12,350 bases of DNA from the NCBI GenBank assembly GCA_043228905.1, contig JBHGNT010001074.1:1-12350 (forward strand), read 5' to 3'. Position 1 is the first letter of the stretch. Each line of letters begins with the position of its first letter. Below are positions 1 through 10,316 of the stretch, one piece after another. A program made the position numbers and the translations under genes. The notes beneath the pieces were generated by a model. That model had not been told where the DNA came from and did not search any database. It was given only the letters and a program-made list of their open reading frames with translations. This DNA is from Azolla caroliniana (Eukaryota; Plantae; Polypodiophyta).

Positions 1-1644
1 AGAGGTTTCCCCATACCCAACACCCCATTCCAAAACTATAGGTCAACACTATAAGTTATAAACAATACTAAATGGTTGATTATTGTACTTATGCATCGTC
101 ATCCTTTAAACCAAGTGTAAGTCACTCTCGTTCGAAGTGTACAAGTTGGCAATATGCATATGCCTCAATGCCAACCATGGTACACCCTAGGCATAAGAGG
201 ATGAATTGGCCCCAAGTCAAATGTTGTACGGTTGGGCCAAATTGTAATGTTTTCACGTTGGCAATAATGTATATGGGGATCATTATTGTAATAACCACAT
301 AAAGAATACCATGCAAGGTTTACCACCAATAATCTTCAAAAAAAATATCAATCTCAAAATAAGACCTCTACAAGGGAACCACCCAAAAATGCTACATTGT
401 AAAAATAAACTTCAATAATATGTCTATTGTAAGGTACTTATCCTCACAATTTAACAATGCTATAACTAATCTTAGGCTCAATCTTGTAATGTAGCCTCTA
501 TTGATATCCTAGATATGATAAGGTTTGGTATAATGTCACAATATGTCCCAATGGAACATATAACAAGAGCTTGGCCATTCATGTTTACTTGTGCTACACA
601 AGCACTCAAACATATGTTGAAGTTTGAACACATACATCGTGGGGCATTGTTTAGGTTTAACTAATCTGGTCACTTCAATAAATGTTTCCATGCGATATTG
701 AATACTATTGTACACGATATCTATTGTTTATAAATCTAGATTGTTGTGAAAATTTGTTGAAAAACAAATATATACTACTCATTGCATGGTACTACACTAT
801 AGAACGTGAATGTCAATATACTTTATCAAATTAACATTTATCATTCTCTCCTAGAAATTTATCGTGGGATCCAATCGTGTGGGAGTAATTTCTACACTCA
901 TAACTGACATTCTTACTATAGACAATTGGAACAATAAAAGGCCATCCAATTTAGAAAAACAAATACAAAAACCTAAGTTTCATAAAGTAGAGCAAAAATT
1001 GAAAAATATTAGCATAAGAGTGACCTTGTAAGTGTTGTAAGTTGATGTCAAGGTAGCATATAGACACTTGAGGAGAGTGAACATGTCTTGCATCTCTAAT
1101 CTCTTTCCCTCCATGCTAGGAAGATTTCTCTCGTCCAAGCATTCCAGAAAATACTAAAAAATTGACTTTGTGGTTCTACAAAATTCCAAATGAGTTATGT
1201 ACTATGTTATTATTCAAATGCTTGATGAGTGATAAATACTAAAAATTCAGACCTTGATGACAAGATAGAAGATATGTAAAGAAACCTTAAACATTATTTG
1301 CAATATATCATAATGTAATTTTGACATATCCTCAAATATGTATTATATTAATCGATACAGTTGGTCACACGTGGTCATGCTTCATCTATCATGCAAATGT
1401 AAGTCATCAAAGTGATCTATCATCTATCAATTGTGTGCCTTAATTTTCATGTAAGTGTTGATGCATTATGCATGGCTATTTAGCATGAAATACAACTTTG
1501 CAAGCACGATCTAGAACTTTGTAGAGAATCTAGAAATTAGATTTTCTATGTGTTCGTAGACACTTACTACTAACTAGTGAGTCAAGAGGGCAGAGAAAGA
1601 GAGTATGAATATAACCTCCCAACCAATAGAGAAGCGGAATGGTG

Positions 1645-1899
1645 CTCTCTCTCTCTCTCTCTACTATGCCCACACATGTGTGCACACATGCTTTGGTTTT
1701 GTAAATTGTAACCTCTCTTAGCACCCACCCACCCCCCACTCACACATCCTCTCCCTCCCTCTTTGTCTCGCAAACAATCACAAAGTCATGCTCTCTCTCA
1801 AACATTTATACAAGGATTCATGCATTCTCTCGCACACAAATTGCATTGGTCTCATGTGGACATTAATAATCTCTTCTCTCTCTCACACATACATTAGTC

Positions 1900-1936
<37 letters not shown>

Positions 1937-2230
1937 TGTATGCCCATTCTCTCTCATACACACATCTCTCGCACTCACACACTCTTATGTTCCTAACTCT
2001 CTCTTCTCTCTTTTAATATATCTATCTCTATGTAGTGGATGGATGTTTGGGCCTAGGATCTCTATAGATAGAGAGATCCCCAAAAGATAGATATAAGTTG
2101 AGATAGATAGATAGAGACCCAATACATACATGGACATAGATATAGATTGACAACTAATACATATGTACATACATAGGTGTAGATAGAGACCCATGAGGTA
2201 AGACTAAAAGTGTGTTGATAGATAGAGGAC
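1645..2230. repeat. Low-complexity compound microsatellite region: (CT)9, (AC)15, degenerate CT/CA and GATA repeats
   Basis: (CT)9 at 1645-1662, (AC)15 at 1904-1933, many CTCTCT/CACACA remnants, and GATA/TAGA-type repeats at about 2060-2230. Confidence 0.85.
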
Positions 2231-2520
2231 CACCACTTAGGAATGACTATTAATTTGAAAGGTGAACCAAAAACATAAAGAGGTAACTTTTTATTGAGAA
2301 ACCCAACAAACAAACTACATCTAGAGAAGAGGAAGCACATTCTTAGCTTTTTAGTATGTATGTAATTAGGCAATGACAGATGAAAAGCCCCTGTTTTTTT
2401 TTCTTTATTCTCCCAAATGCAGATAAACCATAGACAGAGATGCCCCCTTTGTTAAAACCTCATGAAAAATGAATCATATCTATCAAACATCTATACATAT
2501 AGGATGATGCCACTCCCATG

Positions 2521-3137
2521 TATACCCCCCTCTCCTCCATTTACTCTGTTTCTGCTGCTTTCTGACTCTCCTACACATAACACATACTTGTAAGAATTTG
2601 AACTCCAAAGATTTAAGTTCTATTTTTTGGGTTCATGTTGATCCTTTCAATGATCTCTCTGCTAATGCATTACACCTGAAAAAACCATTCCAAAGTGCTG
2701 AAATCATTACCAGGGCTAGCTCCTTCCTCCATACCCCTCTGTGTTCCTCTCCCCATAGTACTACTCTGTTTCAGTTTCTGCTTCTTTCTGACTCTCCCCT
2801 ATACATACTTGTATGAATTTGAGCTCCAAAGATTTATGTTTTGTTTTTTGGGTTACATGTTGATCATTTCAGGCTAGCTTATTATACCCGAAAACCACAC
2901 TAAAGACCTGAAATCATTACCAGGGCTAGCTCCTCCCTCCATATCCCTCTCTGTTCCTCTCCCCCACAGTACTCTGTTCCAGTTTCTGCTTCTTCTGATT
3001 CTCCTATACTTGTAGAAATTTGAGCTCCGAGATTAGGTCTTTTTTTTGGGTTACATGTCGATCATTTCAGTGATTTCTTAGGTAGCTTATCATACCCGAA
3101 ACCCACATTAAGGCCCTGAAATCATTACAATGTCTAG
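2521..3137. repeat. Three diverged tandem copies of a ~209-bp unit immediately upstream of the RLK start codon
   Basis: The anchor CTGAAATCATTAC occurs at 2698, 2908 and 3116 (spacing 210 and 208). Each copy also has TACTCTGTT, TCTGA(C/T)TCTCC, ATACTTGTA..AATTTGA(A/G)CTCC and TTTTTTGGGTT(A)CATGT(T/C)GATC. Copies lie at about 2521-2730, 2731-2940 and 2941-3137. Confidence 0.92.
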
Positions 3138-3174
3138 TTTGCTTTCAATGACAATGCCTTCCTACACTTGCTAA
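3130..3174 (+). promoter_or_regulatory. Candidate upstream ORF ([14 protein letters not shown]) ending 38 nt before the RLK ATG
   Basis: In-frame ATGs at 3130, 3148 and 3154, with TAA at 3172-3174, out of frame with the main CDS. It is functional only if it lies within the 5' UTR; the transcription start is unknown. Confidence 0.4.
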
Positions 3175-3212
3175 GCTTGAGAAATATAAGCTCAAAAAAT
3201 TATTTGAACAAA

Positions 3213-5910
3213 ATGTGGCTGAGCCAATGGGTCGGATCGACACACCTATTTCCATCCCTTCTCTGCATACTTGGTAGCTTCATCATGGTAGCTAGAGTGC
3301 AATCTTCTTCTTCTTCTTCTTCTCTACTTGAAGAAAGCTTAGCTCTACTTTCATTGAAAGCCGGATTTGTGGATGAATATGGGGGTGCACCTGAACATCT
3401 CCATGATTGGAATATAACAACAGCAGCAACAACAAATTCTACTGCTAACACTGCAGGTCCTTGTAACTGGATGGGTGTGAAGTGCAACAATGTTTCAAGT
3501 CATGTGATAGGGTTAGACATTTCTTCCATGAACTTGTCGGGCACCCTCTCGGGCCCTGCCATTGCGATCCTCTCCCATTTGACCTATCTCAACATATCCA
3601 ACAATCTTTTGGGCGGACATTTCCCCAACAATTTCTCGTCTCTCATGCCGACACTCGAGGTCCTCGACGCATTCAACAATAACTTCACCGGCGAACTACC
3701 CGTCGAAGTAAGTCTACTAACTAGCCTTAAGCACCTCCATTTAGGGGGTAATTACTTCTATGGCAGCATTCCCCCCCAATATGGCAATCTCGTCAATCTC
3801 CAATACCTTGCCCTTTCGGGAAATGCATTGACTGGTCGGATACCCCCCCAACTTGGCAGCTTAATGAATCTCCAGAGGCTCTATTTGGGCTACTACAACG
3901 AATTTGAAGGTGGAATCCCAGTGGAGTTGGGTAGATTAAGCAACTTAGTCAGGTTAGACTTGGCCAATAGTGGCCTTAGTGGTGAGATTCCATCATCATT
4001 AGGCTCACTTTCTAACCTAGATTCTCTCTTCTTGCAAACTAATAGCTTAATGGGTCCTATACCACATGAGCTGGGGAACCTTACAAACCTAAAATCACTT
4101 GATTTATCCAATAATAAGCTGAGTGGATTGATCCCAAAGGAGTTAGCTTCTCTACACAAGCTAGAGCTTCTCAACCTATTCCTTAATAGTCTTCATGGCA
4201 AGGTTCCTTCCTACATTGGAGACTTACCAAACTTACAAGTTCTCACATTATGGGAAAACAATTTTACTGGCCCTATCCCACACCATCTTGGAAGAAATGG
4301 GCAACTATTAGAACTCGATCTTTCATCTAACTCATTCTATGGATTCATTCCTCCTCACCTTTGCAAAAGTAAGAAGCTTACTCGGCTCATATTGCTTCGT
4401 AACCGAATCTCTGGACCTATTCCAAGAGGTATTGCAAATTGCCCAAAACTTGTCCGGGTTCGAATGGGCGATAACATGTTGAGTGGTTCTATACCGCCTG
4501 GAATTCTATCGCTTCCTGAGCTAGATTTACTTGAGCTTCCTAGGAACCGTCTCAATGGTGATTTTCCAGAAATAAACCTCACCACGCCTTCTTCATCTAA
4601 GTTAGGGAGCTTAGATTTGTCACACAATGAGCTCACTGGCACACTTCCATCAAGTATTGGAAGTTTGTCGGGATTAGTAGATCTAGATCTTTCTGGAAAC
4701 CGCATAACTGGGCCGATGCCAGAAGAGATAGGTTCTTTGAAACGCCTGGCTAAGCTAGACCTAAGTGGAAACCTAATGAATGGTTCCTTACCTCTAACCA
4801 TCACCCATTGTTCGAGCCTCGCTAGCATCGATCTTAGTCACAATCAATTCCGAGGAGAAATACCCCCTGAGCTCTCAAACCTCAATGTGCTGGCTTCTTT
4901 CAATGTATCTTATAACAACTTCTATGGGAGCATCCCTTTGTCACTAGAGAATATGTCTACTCTTACAACTGTTGATTTCTCCTTCAACAACTTCTCGGGA
5001 TTGGTTCCAGACCAAGGTCAATTTGCAAATTTCAACGAAACTTCATTCGTCGGTAATCCTCAGCTTTGTAGCAAACACAATTGCATTGCAGAGGCCAGGA
5101 AGGGTGTGAACACGAACACGAACACGAACACGAACACTACCGGTTGGAGATTGTCATCATCTTCGAGGTCTCTCATCTATGGCATGAGTGGTCTAGTGGT
5201 TGGTCTCTTTATTCTCACTTTAGGTGCACTAGTGTTTATGTTCCGGAATGAGCGGGATAAGCAATTCTTGTGCTCTTTGTTCAATGAGAGCTTCTTATCG
5301 AAGAGATCATGGAAATTAACTGCGTTTGAGCGGTTGGATTTCACAGCGAACGATGTATTGGAATGCTTGACAAGTGAGAATGTGATCGGGAAAGGGGGGT
5401 CAGGGACAGTCTATAAAGGATTGATGCCTAATGGGAAAATGGTCGCTATAAAGAAGCTCCCGGCAATACGAAAAGGATCCCCAGAAGAGGATTCGGAAGA
5501 GTACAATGACCATGGTTTCGCAGCCGAGATTTTAACACTCGGAAATATTCGACATCGGCACATTGTGAGACTTGTAGGATGTTGCTCTAATCATGAAGCC
5601 AATCTTTTACTCTATGAGCATATGCCTAATGGAAGTCTAGGTGAATTGTTGCATGGGCCTCGGGGAGGGTCATTGAGTTGGGGTTCCAGATATAAGATTG
5701 CTTTACAGGCTGCAATGGGCCTTTGTTATCTACACCATGATTGTACCCCTTTGATTGTGCATAGGGATGTGAAATCCAACAATATACTTCTCGATTCCAA
5801 CTACGAAGCACATGTGGCAGATTTTGGCTTAGCTCGCACCCTCCGAGACTCAATGGGAAAATCTGAGTCCATGTCCTCTGTTGCAGGGTCTTATGGCTAC
5901 ATTGCTCCAG
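3213..5910 (+). CDS. BAM1: Exon 1 of a CLV1/BAM-like LRR receptor-like Ser/Thr kinase (LRR-RLK XI, probable CLE peptide receptor): signal peptide, LRRNT cap, 21 LRRs, TM helix, kinase subdomains I-VIII
   Basis: The first in-frame ATG is at 3213; the ORF track starts at a TTG at 3168. It encodes a hydrophobic N-terminus ([20 protein letters not shown]), a CNWMGVKC cap, and plant LRRs with BAM/CLV1 hallmarks ([45 protein letters not shown]). These are followed by a TM helix ([24 protein letters not shown]), [75 protein letters not shown] and [11 protein letters not shown]. The exon ends at the donor CCAG|GTAAGT. The symbol denotes BAM/CLV1-clade similarity, not proven 1:1 orthology. Confidence 0.95.
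3303..3323 (+). repeat. Coding (TCT)7 poly-Ser tract after the signal peptide
   Basis: Read directly from the sequence: [13 protein letters not shown]. Confidence 0.9.
5109..5138 (+). repeat. Coding hexanucleotide repeat (AACACG)4AACACT encoding (NT)5 in the extracellular juxtamembrane stalk
   Basis: Read directly from the sequence; it lies between the C-terminal cap cysteines and the TM helix. Confidence 0.9.
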
Positions 5911-6251
5911 GTAAGTGTGTAAAGGATGTTGTTAACAATCACATTTTGTGAAGTAAACCTAATTTTAAAAAGAGTAATTCAAGAGAAACTAAGAACAGGA
6001 GGCAAGAGACAGTTTGGCCTATATATATACACACCAGTTAAACCCAGGTATATATGCATAGCTATCTTGACATTGTCCGACACGAAATGTCCATTCATGA
6101 CCTAATGATCCTATCTCTAGCCTTAACAATTCCATGTATATTCGATTGCCATTACGCTCGTAACCAAACCACCATTCTTTTGTTTTCATATTTAATGTAG
6201 TCTTTTGATCTGTGTAATGAAAAACTCATTTGTTGATTTTTTGACATGTAG
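5911..6251 (+). other. 341-bp GT-AG phase-1 intron in kinase subdomain VIII
   Basis: GTAAGT donor at 5911, T-rich tract, and TGTAG acceptor ending at 6251. Splicing gives G+AG = Glu and restores GYIAPEYAYTLK. This is the conserved single-intron position of CLV1/BAM/HAESA-type genes. Confidence 0.95.
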
Positions 6252-6625
6252 AGTACGCGTACACTCTAAAGATCAATGAGAAGAGTGACATTTATAGCTT
6301 TGGAGTTGTTCTCTTGGAACTTGTAACAGGGCGAAGACCGATTGAGCCTGAGTATGGAGATTGCATCGACATTGCAAGATGGGTAAGAAAGCACGTGGTT
6401 ATGAACAGGGAAGGGATACTACAAATCGTGGATGGAAGGATGAGTTTAGATGTAGAAGGAACTAAAGAGGTTATGTTGCTACTGAAGGTGGCATTAAGTT
6501 GTTTGTCCGACATACCTGACCATCGTCCTACAATGCGAGAAGTAGTGCAACTTTTGTCGGAAATTAATGGTATTGTGAAAGATCCAGCTCGAACAACAAG
6601 CCCTCCGGATCTTATATTGATATAG
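6252..6625 (+). CDS. BAM1: Exon 2 of the CLV1/BAM-like LRR-RLK (kinase subdomains VIII-XI and C-tail)
   Basis: Translates as (E)YAYTLKINEKSDIYSFGVVLLELVTGRRPI...RPTMREVVQLLSE...SPPDLILI* with TAG at 6623-6625. The spliced CDS is 3072 nt (1023 aa). The C-terminal SPPDL resembles BAM1/BAM2 tails as I recall them. Confidence 0.95.
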
Positions 6626-8175
6626 CTGTGGGGAAACTAGCTGTATGTTGAATGTCATGCGAATGATGTGTCAATGTTCCTCTCGGTATATATTGCTTGA
6701 TGCTTGCTTGATATTGTTGCTGAAATTACAAGTTATGTGTATACTATAATGCTTGAAGAATGTTGTTAATATTTCTCTTGGCATAGTTGTGGAGGCTAAC
6801 TGTAACCCTACATCACTTCTTAACGAATGTGATTGATTTGTATTCTGCTCGACACTGGCAAGCCATGAATTTTTGGGTGCCAGTTAATTCCTTCTTACTC
6901 GCAGGAAAGATAATGGGTTCTTTCTTGTGAGAAATGTAGATTCTTCCGTCTTTCTCGATGCCATTTAGTTCGCCTAGATATAACATACGTAAAATTCAAC
7001 TTGTTTTTGGGAAAGCTAGCATTGTATCAATCAACATTTTGTTGTATCTTATGTTAATTTCAGCTCTTCTTTTCAAACTCAAAAGATACATAACAGCAAA
7101 TTTTTTGAGTTATGGCTTCCAAGTAAAAGTGATGCACCTTCTAAGTAAAGATAATGCCAGCGTCATCTTCTTTGATCAATCTCCTAATATCTCGATGTAT
7201 GCATTGTGTACTTCTATTTTGTTATAAGTGATTGACAATGTTCTTGAGTTAATCTCCTAGTACTAATGTTCCATCAAAAGTAGTTGATATGAATGCATAT
7301 GATGTGGAGAAGACATGTCTTACCATTTCAGCATTGGAAGTGGTCACTATTGCCTCTCCATTTGTGATCGTTTGATTAGGGTAAATATACTTATTATAAA
7401 ATGGGATGCTTCTTGGACATGAGAGGCATTCTAGGTAGGGTATCATACAAAAGTTGCGCTATTAATAAGATGATAAGACAAGATTAGTGTAAATAAGATC
7501 TTGAAAATAACCAAAAGAAAGTAATGATTCTTTTGTACATGATCAAGCAAAAATATCTAATCAGGTTTTGCAAGTATACCATCATATGGTTATGGATATG
7601 AGCAAGTGTATTTTTTAATAAGATGATGGCTATATATATTTATGCACTTGTACTTAGTCAAGGTGACCTAAATGCTTGCATGTTGAGTCTTAATTTTTTT
7701 AGTACTTTTGTGATGATTTTTCAAGTTTTGTTGTTGGTCTTATTGTAATGATCATGTTCAAAGTAGGAGTAACCTTTTTGGACTGATAATTTCATTCACA
7801 AAACTGAATATAATTTGCTTGCTAGCTAGTGCATAGTATTAATGCCAAAGGTGTGAAAATGTTCCAAGGAGACATTACGTGTAGTGGATCATGATGGTAT
7901 ACGTAGTGCACCACCACTTGCCCTAGAGATCCTTTTGTCTAATTACACAACAATGTGCTTACTTCTTATCCATGGCCTAGTCACTACTTCTTCCTTTATA
8001 AATGTGATAGTGTAATGGTACCTGGAATGAACTTATAGGCATATCTCAACTTCAAAGAAGGAAAAACATTTCACTTGACCATAGGCTTCTATTGAGGATA
8101 GAAAAGGTTTACTTTGCGAAAAGTTTGTTATGTAATTCATAGTAGGTTCAAAGAAGGATAAAAAACAAAGTACTC

Positions 8176-8322
8176 TATCCTCAAATGCTTGTGCAAGGCC
8201 TCTTGTTACCTAATATGATGACATTTTCTAGTATGTTGAAAGCATGTGGCAACATGGGAAAATTGGTAGTACATATTGAAATGAAATTAGATTTTGAGAT
8301 GGATGGAGGAGTTATGGGATAG
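8176..8322 (+). pseudogene. Degraded PPR (P/L motif) fragment
   Basis: My own translation gives YPQMLVQGLLLPNMMTFSSMLKACGNMGKLVVHIEMKLDFEMDGGVMG*. This matches the PLS-PPR pattern QM..EG..PN..TF..ILKACG..G...H seen at 10317-11869. It is not in the ORF track. Confidence 0.7.
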
Positions 8323-8329
8323 ATTGGCT

Positions 8330-8772
8330 CCAATAGTAGCATAATCTCTACGGAAAGCATAGTGTGCAGATGTTTCAGGGTCAAATAATGTTGGTCCAAG
8401 AAACCATTACTTCCGTTTCGTTAGAATTGATGAGTTCATTAAAAGCTGGAAATGATAATATTCCTACACATATGGATTATGAGTGGCTACAATAACTTTT
8501 CGGAAGCTTTGGAGCTGCATTCCAATCTTTCGATTGACAAAGTGTAGGATAATATGGAAGTTTTCTCCCCATTTAGTTGGTTGTTTTCCTCTACTTTGGA
8601 TGTATATAGATTTGTTTCCTCGGCTCGGTTAAACTAAGGATCCATGGCTAGCCATTTTCTTACACAAGACGGGCTTGGGAAGGATAATCGTTTCCTTTCC
8701 ATCTATTTTGTATGTTGTCGCTGATATACTTTTTTTAAACTAATGGAAGGATATTTTGTTTTGAAAAAAAAA
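8330..8772 (+). mobile_element. Possible 5'-truncated non-LTR (LINE-like) 3' end with a short poly(A)
   Basis: The PPR signal stops at about 8322. A T-rich UTR-like stretch ends in ...AAACTAATGGAAGGATATTTTGTTTTG followed by A9 (8764-8772). I identified no RT motif or TSD, so this call is weak. Confidence 0.22.
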
Positions 8773-8962
8773 GGGTAAAAAAACAAAGTAACAACTAATT
8801 TCATTTTTCAAATTGTGGTGACGTATCATGAAAAATGCAATTGTGGCTAAGCTCTTTTTGCTTTGTTTAAAGAAGAGGTACAATTACTATTAACAGAAGA
8901 AAAGAAATCACATGTTTCCTTACGAAACTACAGTGGTACGTAGGACGTTGGAGTGTTGGACA

Positions 8963-8986
8963 ATATATATATATATATATATATAT
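8963..8986. repeat. (AT)12 microsatellite
   Basis: Read directly from the sequence. Confidence 0.95.
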
Positions 8987-10316
8987 ACTATGGTCATTGA
9001 CACCTGAGGAATAGCCTAAGCATTCGTTTTGTCACTGTTGGCGAAGTTACATTTGAACTAAAAGACATGATATGGTTAGGTATATCTCTAATGTATACTT
9101 TATTCTTGTTTTCGTCCCTCGAATATAGGTAAACTTACCATTATATGTGGAAGAGACAATGGGGAACATCACACAATTGTAAACTGCGCATACCTTATGG
9201 TAATTTGCATCTATCCTATTTTCTAAGACAAAGAAGATAATTTTTTATCCAGAGTAAAGTTCGAATTTGGGGAATTGAAGTCGACTCTATGATAAATTGG
9301 ATTTTGAGGTGCCACGAAATGCTAGGTTGGACCTCGGGATCAAAGTTTTTTCACCAACTTGGATTCTGAAAATCATTTCCTCACGCATTTTTGTAGGACT
9401 TCGATTCATGTGTCGTAAAAAATTTACTTTTTGGTTATGATGTTTCTTTTCTTTCGAGAAAAGGCAATCATACCTAGAAAGGTATCTATTCGAAAAGTTT
9501 CTTTGTTTAAACTAGCGAGGGCACCTAAAAGTATCCCATCCCCTCAAAAACTATCATGAGAAATTCTCGCTTTTGGTCTCTAAGATAGTGATGACATAAA
9601 ACGTGGGTATGCAAGAAGGGGGAGGGGGAGAGAGAGTGATTATGAAGAGTGGATTGCAATAAATTGACATAGTAAGTGACCTTTACACCATTTTCATGCT
9701 TTCTAACTAATCCCCTTAAATATTTGTTTAACACAGGTTGATTTGATGGCATATTTGTCATGGCAAATTCAACTAAAGCAAAACCAAAGTTTGGATGAAT
9801 ATAAACATATATTTCTAGGCCAATTGAAAGGTAGGCTATCATTACGCTTGACAAACCTTACAAGTTTTTGATGTTGTAATTGGTGAATTTGATATGTAAG
9901 ATGGGTAATGTTTTTCTCTTTATGAATCATGTTGAAAATGCACAACTAAGGGCAAGATGATAAGATAACCAATTAGCAACTTACAAGAACCTACCTTAAG
10001 GAAATAAATGGCCTAATGTTCTATTGCAAGGTAGTAAAATAGCCAACTAACAATCTCTATGGCAACAACTCACCGTAAAGGACAAAATGGCATAAATTTC
10101 ATATAATCTGGTAGTTACTTCAATCTTACTTGCAAACTCGATATCGTCCCAAAGAGATTGGTCATCTCTTTTTCTTTTAGTCTTTCTTCATACTCAGCAG
10201 TAGTAATCCATATTTTTTACTAACCTATGCAGTAGTAGTATTTCTTGTGTTCAAAACCCAATGATCACACCTCTATATTACTCAGTACATGTACCCTTAA
10301 ATTTACTACATGCCAA

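Noticed and set aside
72-340. Possible decayed Ty3/gypsy protease on the minus strand (IIANVKT...; SSYA*GVPWL resembling LLGRPWL)
   Set aside because: The similarity is a few residues spread across different frames, with no catalytic D-S/T-G motif. It would need a BLASTx hit to support it.
1367-1374. G-box/ABRE ACACGTGG
   Set aside because: A single short motif 1.8 kb upstream could easily occur by chance.
1985-2194. 69-aa minus-strand ORF with a hydrophobic N-terminus and GPNIHPLH, reminiscent of a CLE peptide (GPNPLH) beside a CLE receptor
   Set aside because: It lacks the R-x-x-P-x-G-P-[ND]-P-x-H spacing, and the hydrophobicity comes from translating (TATC/TC)n low-complexity DNA.
3168-3212. 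ORF-track start at 3168
   Set aside because: It is a TTG. The first ATG (3213) directly precedes the signal-peptide-like segment.
5911-5951. ORF-track C-terminus [13 protein letters not shown]
   Set aside because: This is read-through into the intron; the kinase continues in exon 2.
3200-6513. Antisense and alternate-frame ORFs overlapping the RLK (96, 66, 93, 157, 75 and 73 aa)
   Set aside because: They are shadow ORFs of repetitive LRR and kinase codons with no independent motifs.
9230-9460. Possible MITE with inverted ends (AGAGTAAAGTT ... AAATTTACTTT)
   Set aside because: The inverted match is short, imperfect and AT-rich, and I found no TSD.
9700-9901. Exon-like segment (CTAAC...ACAG|GTTGAT...GATAT|GTAAG) and the 109-aa minus-strand ORF at 9525-9854
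   Set aside because: The forward frames I translated contain stops, and neither strand gives a recognisable protein motif.
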